A DNA stretch of 64,000 nt from an uncultured Thermoleophilia bacterium (GTDB lineage Bacteria > Actinomycetota > Thermoleophilia > UBA2241): NCBI GenBank assembly GCA_963717965.1, contig CAVQXS010000003.1, positions 134,896 to 198,895 on the forward strand. Direction: 5' to 3'. This document shows, in pieces, positions 37,882-47,587 of the stretch. The first letter of the stretch is position 1. Each line of letters begins with the position of its first letter. The notes under the pieces were generated by a model. That model searched no databases. It was not told where the DNA came from and saw only the letters and a list, made by a program, of their open reading frames with translations. The position numbers and the translations under genes were made by a program.

Positions 37882-38311
37882 GTGTGAAGGCTTCTGGGAG
37901 GCCGGCAGCTACGCGGTGATCGGCCACCAGGCCAGCAAGAAGCCGTACCCCAAGATCACGTACGGCGCGCTCAAGGAGAAAGGCAAGACCGTCTACGCGA
38001 TGGATCCGGACGGCGGCACCGTCGAGGGGGACGCGGCCTACGCCGACTTCGCCTCACTGCCCGGCCCCGTCCAGGCCGCCGTGCTGGAGCTCCCCAAGGA
38101 GGAGACGGCCGCCTGGGTGGCCAAGGCCGCGGACGCCGGCGTCGAGCGGATCTGGATCCATCAGATGACCGACACGCCGGAGGCGATCGCCGAGGCCGAG
38201 CAGCGCGGCCTCAAGGTGATCACCGGGCACTGCGCCGTGATGTACAACAAGCCCGGCATGAGCATGCACGCCCCGCACCGCTGGATCTGGAAGATGCTCG
38301 GCAAGTACTGA
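37871..38311 (+). CDS. CoA-binding domain protein
   Basis: SYAVIGHQASKKPYPKITYGALKEKGKTVYAMDP...VERIWIHQ. 11-nt overlap with the radical SAM gene. Confidence 0.8.
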   Translation: MPSECEGFWEAGSYAVIGHQASKKPYPKITYGALKEKGKTVYAMDPDGGTVEGDAAYADFASLPGPVQAAVLELPKEETAAWVAKAADAGVERIWIHQMTDTPEAIAEAEQRGLKVITGHCAVMYNKPGMSMHAPHRWIWKMLGKY

Positions 38312-38327
38312 GGAGGTACCGCCGCCG

Positions 38328-38528
38328 CTAGGACATCATCTCCGGCGGCTCCGGCCGCTGCTTCGCCGGGAGCAGCGCCACGACGATCAGGATGAGCACC
38401 GGGAAGAAGATGCAGAGGATGATCCAGAGCGCCCGGTTGAGGTCCTTGCGGTCGACCATCCGCCAGACCAGCCACAGGCAGACCACCCACACGATGAACC
38501 AGATCGTCGCCGCCAGGATCCAGGACAT
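38328..38528 (-). CDS. Small two-transmembrane membrane protein (PLD-nuclease-N-terminal-domain-like)
   Basis: 66 aa: MSWILAATIWFIVWVVCLWLVWRMVDRKDL...ILCIFFPVLILIVVALL. RBS GAGGAGGGG. Confidence 0.6.
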   Translation of the reverse strand: MSWILAATIWFIVWVVCLWLVWRMVDRKDLNRALWIILCIFFPVLILIVVALLPAKQRPEPPEMMS

Positions 38529-38821
38529 GGCCCCTCCTCAACAGATGGACGCCGCCGGCCGGTTCGACGCGACAGCTCACAGGTGGGTGTACCCCGTGAG
38601 GAAGCGGAACCCTCCTGCCGGCTGGTCGCCGGAGGGCGGCGCGAGCGGGACGGGCGAGGGGGGACGGTGCGCCCGCACTGTCCGCTGACATCTTCGAGGA
38701 TATCAAGGACCAGCGCGCGTCACGCACATCGCTGGGCGAGCTCTGAAGTCGTATCTACACTGTCTCTACGTCAGCAGAGGACCCCGCAGGCGACACCCCG
38801 AGCGGCTAGGGTCACGCTCGA

Positions 38822-40433
38822 CTAGTCTTCGAGGCCGTCGGCGGCGGGGACGTCGGGTAGCTGCGGCGGGACCTCGTCCTCGGGCAGGCCGCGGACGTGC
38901 TCGAGGGCGCGCTCCGCGGCGGCCGCGCCCTCGCGCAGGCAGTCGCCGATGCCGATGCCGTGGTAGGCGCCGCCGGCGAGCTCGATGCCGGGCACGCGGG
39001 CGACGGCGGCCTCGATGTGCCCCACGAGCTCGACGTGGCCGACGCGGTACTGCGGCATGCCGCGCGGCCAGCGGAAGATCTGCACGAACTCGGGCTCCGC
39101 CGAGATGCCCATGATCTCGCGCAGCTCGGCGCGCACGACCGCGGCCATCTCGTCGTCGTCCAGCTGGGCCGCGGCCTCGCGGCCGGCGCGGCCGAGGAAG
39201 CTGCGCAGCAGCACGTGCCCTTCGGGCGCGCGCCCGTCGAACTTGCTCGAGCTCCAGGTGGTCGCCATGACCGGGCGATTCTCAGCGCGGGGCACGACGA
39301 AGCCGAAGCCCTTGAGGTCGTGCCCCACCTGGTCGGCGCGGTAGGCGACCGACGCGGTCGCCGTCGTCACGTACTCGATGGACGAGAGGTCGGCGGCGGC
39401 GAGCGGCGCGACCGGGCGCAGCAGGTCGCCGCTCGCCCACGCCGGCGTCGCGAGGACGACGGCGTCGGCCACCACGCGGGCGCCGTCGCTGAGCTGCAGG
39501 GCGTAGGCACCGGAACCGGCGCGCGCGCCGCAGCCGGCGCCGCACTCCGCCATCGTCTTCACGCCGACCCCACCGTGCAGGCGCTCGGCCGGCAGCGACG
39601 CGACGGCGGCGTCGCTCAGGTCCTGGAGCCCGCCCTTGAAGGAGTAGAAGTACGAGCGCGGGCCCGTGGGCCTCGCGGGCCCCGCGCCGGCGCCCTGCCC
39701 CTGGCCGCCGCCTCCGGGCGCGCCCGGCCCGCCGCCGCGCGCGGCGGCGGCTTGGCGCGCCTTGCGGCGCTTGAGCATCGCGAGGATCAGGCTGCGGTGC
39801 TCGCGCTCCATGTCGAGGAACATCGGGAAGGTCGCGCGCACGCTCATCTGCTCGGGGTCGCCGGCGTGGATGCCGGCGACGATCGGCTCGGCGATGCGCT
39901 GCAGCGCCTCTTTGCCGAGGCGGCGGCGGACGAAGTCGCCGAGGCTCTCGTCGAGGGCCGGGCCGGCTGCGCCCGCCGGCCCTCCCGTCGCGCGCGCCGC
40001 CGCGCGGCAGCACGAGGTCCAGACCCATGCGGACCTTGCCCGGCCAGCTCATGAGGCCGCTCAGCGCGAACGGCACCATGCGCGTCGGGACCATCAGGAT
40101 GATGCCCTCGGGCAGCTCGTGCAGCCGCCCGCGCGTGTAGACGAAGCTCTTGCGGATGTCCTCGTTGCAGTCGAGGAAGCGGTCGGCGATGCCCAGCTCC
40201 CGGGCGGCCGTGATCGGCCAGTGCTTCTCGATGATCGCCGAGTCCGGGCCGCCCTCGACGACGAAGCCGTCGCGGCGCACGGTGTGGACCTTGCCGCCGA
40301 AGCGCGGCTCCTCCTCGTAGAGCTGCCAGTCGACGGAGGGGTCCTGCGCGCGCGCCGCTTCGAGCACGCGCGCGGCGCCCAGGCCCGCCATGCCGCCGCC
40401 GACGACGACGATGCGGAAGGAAGGGGTCGTCAG
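38822..40433 (-). CDS. hemY: Protoporphyrinogen/coproporphyrinogen III oxidase (HemY/CgoX type), with an apparent +1 insertion near 39960-40010; start codon unclear
   Basis: FRIVVVGGGMAGLGAA (FAD motif)...GGKVHTVRRDGFVVEGGPDS... | ...LDESLGDFVRRRLGKEALQRIAEPIVAGIHAGDPEQMS...WPRGMPQY...GGAYHGIGIGDC. Confidence 0.8.
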
Positions 40434-41396
40434 CCGTGCGAGTGCGGGCCGTCGGGCCGGTGGAGTGCGTGCTCCACCGGACGGCGAGCGAGGTAGTCGG
40501 TGACGACGTCGGCGAGCGCCTCGATGAAGACCGGCGAGTCGTTGGGCGCGTGCGAGCGGCGGTACTCCATGGCCGAGGCCCTCGATCTGGCCGCGCAGGA
40601 CGATGTCGAGGTCGTAGAGGGTCTCGACGTTGTCGCTGACGAAGCCGACCGGGACCACGAGGATCTTCTTCCAGCCCGCCTCGGCCAGCACGCGCACCGC
40701 GTCGTCGGCCTCGGGCTCCATCCACTCGCCGCCGCCGCGGCCCTTGCTCTGGAAGCCGAAGCGCCAGTCGCCGGGCATGATCTGCGGGACCAGCTGGGCG
40801 ATGGTCTGCTGCAGCTGGTCGACGTAGGGGTCGCCCTCGGCGATCGTCTCCACCGGGACGCTGTGCGCGGTGAAGAGGACGGCCCACTCATTGACGTCGC
40901 AGCCGTCGAGCGCCGCCGCGACGCGGCGGCTGAGCGCCTTGACGAAGCCGCGGCTCGCGTACCAGCCCTCGAGCAGCGGAATCTCCCGGCCGCGGCCGCC
41001 GGTGACGGGATCCTCCGCGGCGGCGATCTGCGTGCGGTACTTGCCGCTGGTCAGCCGCGACGAGAAGGGGCTCATCGGCAGGGCGATCACCTCGTGACCA
41101 TCCAGCGAGCGGACGCAGTCCGCGACGGTGGGCTCCGTATACAGAAAGCCGTGGCGCACGCGGATCGGGAAGGCGAGCTCCTGGACGAGCTTCGCCTGCA
41201 GCGCGGCGGCCTGGCGCACGGTGATGCCGGGGAGCGGCGAGGCGCCGCCGATGAGCGCGTAGCGCTCCTGCACGGCGGCGACCGTCCCCGGCTCGGGCGT
41301 GCGCCCCATCAGACGCTCGAGGAAGGGCACGATCTGCTCGGAGCTCTCCGGGCCGCCGTAGGCGAGCAGGGCGACGTCGACGAGGCTGTCGGTCAT
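40430..41396 (-). CDS. hemH: Ferrochelatase (HemH/CpfC type), with an apparent +1 insertion near 40568
   Basis: MTDSLVDVALLAYGGPES...FTAHSVP...VVPVGFVSDNVETLYDLDI...IEGLG | MEYRRSHAPNDSPVFIEALADVV. ggcctcggcCatggag reads through if one base is removed. Confidence 0.85.
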
Positions 41397-41416
41397 GAGG
41401 TCATCCCCTCGCCGGC

Positions 41417-42448
41417 TCAGAGCTGCGCGGCCGACAGCCGGTGCACGGCGTCGACAAGGTACTTGACGTTGTCCGGCGGCACCTGCGGGATCAGGCCGTG
41501 GCCGAGGTTGAAGATGTGCCCCGGGCGACCGCCGGCGCGACGCAGCACGTCGGAGACGCGTTCCTCGATCGCCTTGGGCGGCCCGAGGAGCGTGATCGGG
41601 TCGAGGTTGCCCTGCACGGCGACGTCGCCCAGCTGGTCCCAGGCGCGGTCGAGCTCGATCCGCCAGTCGACGCCGTAGACGTCGCTGCCGGCCTTGCCGA
41701 CCAGGTGGAGCATGGCCGAGGCGCCGTTGCCGAAGTAGATGACCGGCGCCCCCAGGCCCTTGACCTGGTCGATGACGAAGCGCACGTGCGGCAGCACGAG
41801 GAGCTCGTAGTCGTAGGGGCCCAGCCAGCCGACCCACGAGTCGAAGAGCTGCACGACCTGGGCGCCGGCGGCGATCTGCGCCTTGAGGTAGTCGACGACG
41901 ACCTCAGAGATGAGGCTCATGAGGCGCCCGAAGGTCACAGGGTCCTCGTACATGAGCTTCTTCACGTGTGCGTAGTTGCGCGAGTGGCCGCCCTCGACGA
42001 TGTAGCTGGCCAGCGTGAACGGCGCGCCGGAGAAGCCGATGAGCGCGATGTCGTCGTCGAGCTCGTGGCGGACGAGGCGGAGGGTGTCCATGACGTAGGC
42101 GAGGTCGGAGGCGGCGTCGATGCCGTGCACGCCCTCGAGGTCGCGGGCCCCGCGGATGGGCCGCTCGATGACGGGGCCGTCCTCGGGGGTGAAGTGGAAG
42201 CCGATGCCCATGGGCTCGAGCGGCAGCAGGATGTCGGCGAAGACGATGGCCGCGTCGAGGTCGAAGCGGTGGAGCGGCTGCAGCGTGACCTCCGCCGCGA
42301 TATCCGGCCGCCGGCACATCTCGACGAAGCTCATCTTCTCGCGGATGGCGCGGTACTCGGGCAGGTAGCGGCCGGCCTGGCGCATGAGCCAGACGGGCGT
42401 CGCGTCGACGGGCTTGCGGGCACAGGCATCGAGAAGGCGCATGGGCAT
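41417..42448 (-). CDS. hemE: Uroporphyrinogen decarboxylase
   Basis: PVWLMRQAGRYLPEYR...VTLQPLHRF.LDAAIVFADILLP...IGFSGAPFTLASY...QLFDSW...IFNLGHGI. Confidence 0.92.
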   Translation of the reverse strand: MPMRLLDACARKPVDATPVWLMRQAGRYLPEYRAIREKMSFVEMCRRPDIAAEVTLQPLHRFDLDAAIVFADILLPLEPMGIGFHFTPEDGPVIERPIRGARDLEGVHGIDAASDLAYVMDTLRLVRHELDDDIALIGFSGAPFTLASYIVEGGHSRNYAHVKKLMYEDPVTFGRLMSLISEVVVDYLKAQIAAGAQVVQLFDSWVGWLGPYDYELLVLPHVRFVIDQVKGLGAPVIYFGNGASAMLHLVGKAGSDVYGVDWRIELDRAWDQLGDVAVQGNLDPITLLGPPKAIEERVSDVLRRAGGRPGHIFNLGHGLIPQVPPDNVKYLVDAVHRLSAAQL

Positions 42449-42545
42449 CACCTGGAGAAGCGGGACGGGGTGGCAGGGAGGGTGATTGTACCAAACGGGA
42501 GCCCGCGGGCTCCCGTCGACGGCGAGGCTTCGGGCCGGCCTCGCT

Positions 42546-42782
42546 TCACTCGGCCGGCCGGTACCCCTCGCCGAGCGCCGCGTTACGGCACGTGTGGCAC
42601 ACCGTGATCGGCTCCTCGCAGCACTGCGGCGAGACGACCTGATAGCGCAGTGCCCGGGCGCTGAGCTTGGCGCCGCAGAGACCGCAGTGGGCACTGTCGA
42701 TGGAGCGGACGGTGGCAGGGGGCCCGGTCGCGGGAACGTCGCTGCCGTCCGTCTGAGTCGGCATCTGATGGACCTGGCCCAT
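42546..42782 (-). CDS. Small Cys-rich (zinc-ribbon-like) hypothetical protein
   Basis: 78 aa: HCGLCGAKL...PQCCEEPITVCHTCRNA. GC-rich third codon positions and RBS GGGGAGGG. Confidence 0.5.
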   Translation of the reverse strand: MGQVHQMPTQTDGSDVPATGPPATVRSIDSAHCGLCGAKLSARALRYQVVSPQCCEEPITVCHTCRNAALGEGYRPAE

Positions 42783-43111
42783 GGATCCCTCCCCTTCAGG
42801 CGGCGGAAGCCTCCGTTGTGGGGGCCACGACGCCGGTGCGGTGTCACTTGATTCGTGCCCCGAAAGGGGCCCGCAGTAACCCCCGACGGGGTGGACGACC
42901 ACGGGGGAAGTGGCGCTCCTCGAGCCTGCGGCCTCCGCCCTGTCGCCACGGTGAGCGACGCTTTCGCGCTTCTCTCCGTAGCGCATCGTAGACGGGCCCG
43001 ATAAGATGACGGCAGGCGTGCAGGCCTACCGGCCAGCCTCCAAGGTCACCGTCAGGTAGCCGTCACGCGGTAGACTGACGGTAAGATCGCGCGCCGGAGG
43101 CGCGAACGCGG

Positions 43112-43156
43112 CGAGGGCCGGGGCTGTGGAAGCAGCCCCGGCCCTCGCTTCTTCTC
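43112..43156 (+). terminator. Orphan intrinsic-terminator-like hairpin with no plus-strand ORF upstream
   Basis: CGAGGGCCGGGGCTG-tggaag-CAGCCCCGGCCCTCG, a 15-bp perfect stem followed by CTTCTTCTC. Confidence 0.5.
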
Positions 43157-43268
43157 GCCGGCGGCGGCCCTTATCCCCCTCGCGCTATCTATAAGCTGAG
43201 CTGATTTGCAGGAACAGCTTTACTTATGGACAATAGGTCGGTCGTCATCAACTGCTTCGAGGGGGAGC

Positions 43269-44228
43269 ATGAACATCGTCTCCAGGACTCCCGAGATCGA
43301 ACCCGTCACCGGCGGCGTGCTGCTGTTTCGCAGCTGCCTTGTCTCCAGCGAGTATCCCGGCGCCGAAGCGGCCACCAAGTGGCTCTTCGAGCGCTTCGGC
43401 ATCGAGTACACCGTGCATCCCGAGCAGACCTGCTGCACCGGCCTCGGCTACTACTCGGAGCTCGTCCCCGTCGCCACGTCGGTGGCGCTCGCCGCGCGCA
43501 ACGCCTGCGTCGCCGTGGAGGACGGCCACCCCGTCATGAGCTACCTCTGCTCCACCTGCTACGCGATCAACAAGAAGGCGCGCAACATCCTCAGCGTGGA
43601 CGACTTCCGCGCCGAGGCGAACAGGACGCTGGCCAAGGTCGGTCGCGAGTACGACGACTCCGTCGCCGGCGCGATCAAGCACAGTCACACGATGGAGATT
43701 CTCTGGAGCGCCCACCACAGCATCCCGGAGCTGATCCAGCGCCGTCTCGACGGGATCAAGGTCGCGACGCACCCCGCCTGCCACTACTGCAAGGTCTTCC
43801 CCGACGAGGTCGTGGGCGACAGCGAGAACTTCATGATCCCGGAGGACCTCCTCGAGGACACCGGCGTCATCAAGACCGGGATCTACAACGAGAAGACGAC
43901 CCACTGCGGCGCCGGCTTCCGCCAGCGCTTCGTGAACCCCTCGATCGCGGTCGCCGTGACGCGTGAGAAGCTGCGCCGGCTCGCGCAGGAGCAGGTCGAC
44001 GTGTGCGTGCACATGTGCCCCAACTGCGCGATCCAGTTCGACCGCCACCACAGCATCATCGAGGCGAGCTCCCAGGAGGAGTACCCCTTCGTGCACCTGC
44101 ACGTGCAGCAGCTCCTCGCCCTGGCGCTCGGCGCCGACCCCGCCAAGGACTGCGGGCTGGGCTCGCACTCGCAGGACGTCGAGCCATTGCTCGAGCGCAT
44201 CGGCGCCCCGATGAAGGCAGGTGTCTGA
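43269..44228 (+). CDS. hdrB: HdrB-like protein (two CCG-type domains with variant motifs)
   Basis: Domain 1: FRSC...EQTCCTGLG...CSTC. Domain 2: HPACHYC...THCGAGF...HMCPNC. RBS GAGGGGGAG. Confidence 0.8.
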   Translation: MNIVSRTPEIEPVTGGVLLFRSCLVSSEYPGAEAATKWLFERFGIEYTVHPEQTCCTGLGYYSELVPVATSVALAARNACVAVEDGHPVMSYLCSTCYAINKKARNILSVDDFRAEANRTLAKVGREYDDSVAGAIKHSHTMEILWSAHHSIPELIQRRLDGIKVATHPACHYCKVFPDEVVGDSENFMIPEDLLEDTGVIKTGIYNEKTTHCGAGFRQRFVNPSIAVAVTREKLRRLAQEQVDVCVHMCPNCAIQFDRHHSIIEASSQEEYPFVHLHVQQLLALALGADPAKDCGLGSHSQDVEPLLERIGAPMKAGV

Positions 44229-47200
44229 GATGCGCGCGGGAGTCTTTCTCTGCCAGTGCGGCGGCAACATCAGCGGCGTGCTCGACCTCGACGATCTCGC
44301 CGCGCACGCGCGCGCCATCCCCGGCGTCGCCAGCGTCGCCATCAACCAGTTCATGTGCGGCACCGAGGGCCACGAGCTCATCAGCGCGGCCGTGGAGGAC
44401 CGCGGGCTCGACCACCTGATCGTCGCCAGCTGCTCGCCGCGCTTCCAGGGCCCGACCTTCGAGCGCATCGCCCGCGACCTGCGCCTCGGCGAGAACGCCG
44501 TCGCCTTCGCCAACCTGCGCGAGGGCTGCAGCTTCATCCACAAGGACCAGCCCGAGCTCGCCCAGGAGAAGGCGAAGAAGATCCTCGAGGGCGCCATCGC
44601 GCGGGCGCGGCACCAGAGCGACCTGCCCCGGCAGCGCACCTTCCTGACCCGCTCCGCGCTCGTGGTCGGCGGCGGCATCGCCGGCATGACCGCCGCCGAG
44701 GAGCTCGCCGCCAGCGGCATCGAGGTGCACATGGTCGAGCGGCAGCCGTCGCTCGGCGGCTACATGGCGCGCCTCAGCAAGACGTTCCCGACCGAGGACT
44801 GCGCCATGTGCAGCCTGGCGCCGCGCCTCACGAGCACCGCCCTCGAGGGCCGCGTGCACGTGCACACGCTGACCGAGGTCGACGAGATCACCGGCCCGCC
44901 CGGCGAGTTCCGCGTCAAGCTGCGCCACAAGCCCCGCTACGTCAGCGAGGCCTGCGTCGGCTGCGGCGAGTGCGTGCCGGTCTGTCCGGTGCAGTACGCC
45001 AACGATTTCGACTTCGGCGTCAGCGAGCGCAAGGCGATCGACCGCCAGTTCGCCAACGCCGTGCCCAGCACGTTCGCAGTGGAGAAGAAGGGCTGGAGCC
45101 CGTGCAAGAGCGCCTGCGCCGTGCACACCTCGGCCCAGGGCTACGTGGCGCTGGTCGCCGCGGGCCGCTTCGACGAGGCCTACCGCGTCGCCAGCGAGCC
45201 CAACCCCTTCAGCAGCGTCTGCGGCCGCATCTGCACGCACCTCTGCGAGACCGCGTGCGCGCGCGGCAAGGTCGACGAGCCGATCGCCATCGCCGCGCTC
45301 AAGCGCTTCGTCGCCGACGAAGTCGGCCCGACGCTGCCGGTGCAGCCGGCGGCCGTCATCCACGAGGAACGAGTGGCCGTCATCGGCGCCGGCCCCGCCG
45401 GCCTCACCTGCGCCCGCGACCTGGCCGACCTCGGCTACGAGGTCACCGTCTTCGAGGCCCAGCAGGTCCCCGGCGGCATGCTGCGCACCGGCATCCCCGA
45501 CTACCGCCTGCCGCACGACGTGATCCAGCGCGAGGTCGACCAGGTGCTGGCCAAGGGCATCGAGCTCAAGCTCGGGCAGCGCGCCGGCGTCGGACTTCAC
45601 CGTCGACGGCCTCTTCGAGCAGGGCTACAGGGCCGTCTACCTGGCCACCGGCCTGCAGAAGAGCGCCGAGGCGCCGCTGCCCGGCGACGACCTCCAGGGC
45701 GTGACCCGGGCGGTCGAGCTGCTGCGCGAGCTCAACCTCGGCGGCACGCCGCAGGTCGGTGAGAAGATCGTCGTGATCGGCGGCGGCGACGTCGCCCTCG
45801 ACGCCGCCCGCTCCGCCATCCGCCTGCAGAAGCAGGCCGGCAAGGAGCCCGACGTCACCCTGGTCTACCGGCGCACCAAGGTCGAGATGCCGGCCAACGT
45901 CACCGAGGTCGAGGAGGCCCGCGAGGAGGGCCTCACGGTCGAGTTCCTCGTGCAGCCGCTCGCCATCGCCGGCGAGGACGGCAAGGTCGCCTCCATCAAG
46001 CTCCAGCGCTGCGAGCTCGGCGACCCGGACGAGTCGGGACGACGCCAGCCAGTCGCGATCGAGGGCAGCGAGTTCGACCTCGTCGTGGACACCGTGATCT
46101 TCGCCGTCGGCCAGGCGCTCGTCGACGACTTCGCGCAGGGCTGCGACGGCCTGACGCTCGAGAAGGGTCAGATCTGCGTCGAGCGCGACACGATGATGAC
46201 GACCCGCGAGGGCGTCTTCGCCGGCGGCGACGCCGCGGCCGTCGGCTTCTACACGGCGATCGAGGCCGTGGCGGCCGGCCGCAGAGGGGCCGCCTCCATC
46301 CACAACTTCCTGCGCGGCGAGCGCCTGCTCCCCGTCTGGCACGACGAGCGCGAGACCGCGCGCCCGACGGACGCGGAGCTGGCCGCCATCGCCATCGGCC
46401 AGCGCGTGCCCATGCGCATGGTCGACGGCCTCGAGCGCCGCACGGACTGGAACGAGGTCAGCCACGGCTACTCCGCCGAGGAGGCCGTGGCCGAGGCCGA
46501 GCGCTGCCTCAACTGCGCCGTCTGCAGCGAGTGCGACAGCTGCGTGCGCGCCTGCCCGAGCGGCGCCATCGACTGGGACCAGCAGGAGACCCTCGAGGAG
46601 GTGGCCGTCGGCGCCGTCATCATCGCCACCGGCCACAAGGAGTTCGACGCGCGCCGCAAGCTCATGCTGGGCTTCGGCCGCTACGACAACGTGTTGACGC
46701 AGAGCCAGCTGTCGCGGCTGCTCGCCGCGGCCGGCCCCACCGCCGGCGAGCTCGAGCGGCCCTCGGACAAGGGCGTGCCGAAGGACATCCTGATGCTCCA
46801 GTGCGTCGGCTCGCGCGACTGCCAGTCGAACGGCAACGAGCACTGCTCGGCGATCTGCTGCCTGTTCGCGACGCTGCACGCGTCGCTGATCAAGCAGCAC
46901 TACCCGGACGCCAACGTCACCATCGGCTACACCGACCTGCGCGCGCCCGGCAAGGCGCACGAGGAGTACTACCGCCTCGTGCAGGCGCGCGGCGTCCGCT
47001 ACGTGCGCGGCCGCGTCAGCGAGATCATCGAGGAGTCGGACAAGAGCCTCCGCGTCCGCTTCGAGGACACGGTGACGCAGGACAAGCACGAGGAGCTCTT
47101 CGACCTCGTCGTGCTCTCGGCCGGCCTGGAGGCGAGCGACGGCACCGCCGACATCGCCCGCGTCGCCGGCCTGCAGACCGCGGCGGCCGGCTTCATCAAG

Positions 47201-47587
47201 GAGTACCACCCCAAGCTCGCCCCGGTCGACACGCAGCGCACCGGCATGTTCCTCGCCGGCACGGCGCAGGGGCCGAAGAACATCCCCGACTCGATCGCCC
47301 AGGCGAAGGCGGCGGCGGCCCGTGCCGTCAGCATGCTGAGCACGGGCTTCGTCCTCACGCCGGCGCAGGTCGCGGCGAGCGACCCCGAGGTCTGCATCGC
47401 CTGCGGCGTCTGCGAGACGGTGTGCCCGCAGGGCGCGGTCGCCCTCACCACGGGCGCGGACCCGCACAGCGAGGTCGACCCGAACATCTGCCGCGGCTGC
47501 GGGATCTGCGCGGCGGAGTGCCCGACCGGGGCGGTCCAGCTCGGCGGCTTCAGCGACGACGAGGTGCTGGCGGAGGCGACGGTCTGA
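44221..47587 (+). CDS. hdrA: Large HdrA-like flavoprotein with an embedded GltD/NfnB-like NAD(P)H-FAD module ('HdrL-like'), with an apparent +1 insertion near 45593
   Basis: HdrA N-terminal domain VFLCQCGGNISG...SCSPRFQGPTFERI...REGCSFIH. FAD: VVGGGIAGMTAAE...FPTEDCAMCSLAPR. CVGCGECVPVCP. GltD-like: NPFSSVCGRICTHLCETACARG...VAVIGAGPAGLTCA...VVIGGGDVALDAA...VFAGGDAA. Back to HdrA: CLNCAVCSECDSCVRACP...LQCVGSRD...HCSAICC. C-terminal CIACGVCETVCP and CRGCGICAAECP. Confidence 0.85.

Noticed and set aside
38529-38821. A possible riboswitch or leader RNA in the ~290-nt gap upstream of the small PLDc_N-like membrane gene.
   Set aside because: I could not match it to any riboswitch consensus I know (checked against the cobalamin and ydaO-type cores by eye). 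Only the GTAGA motif noted separately stands out.
43112-43147. The loop-proximal sequence GGAAGCAGCC resembles the conserved SRP (4.5S) RNA helix-8 motif.
   Set aside because: The surrounding sequence lacks the rest of the SRP consensus (GGUCCGGAAGG, AAGGCAG...AUGACG in the correct order). The element is a simple perfect hairpin, and the resemblance is most likely coincidental.
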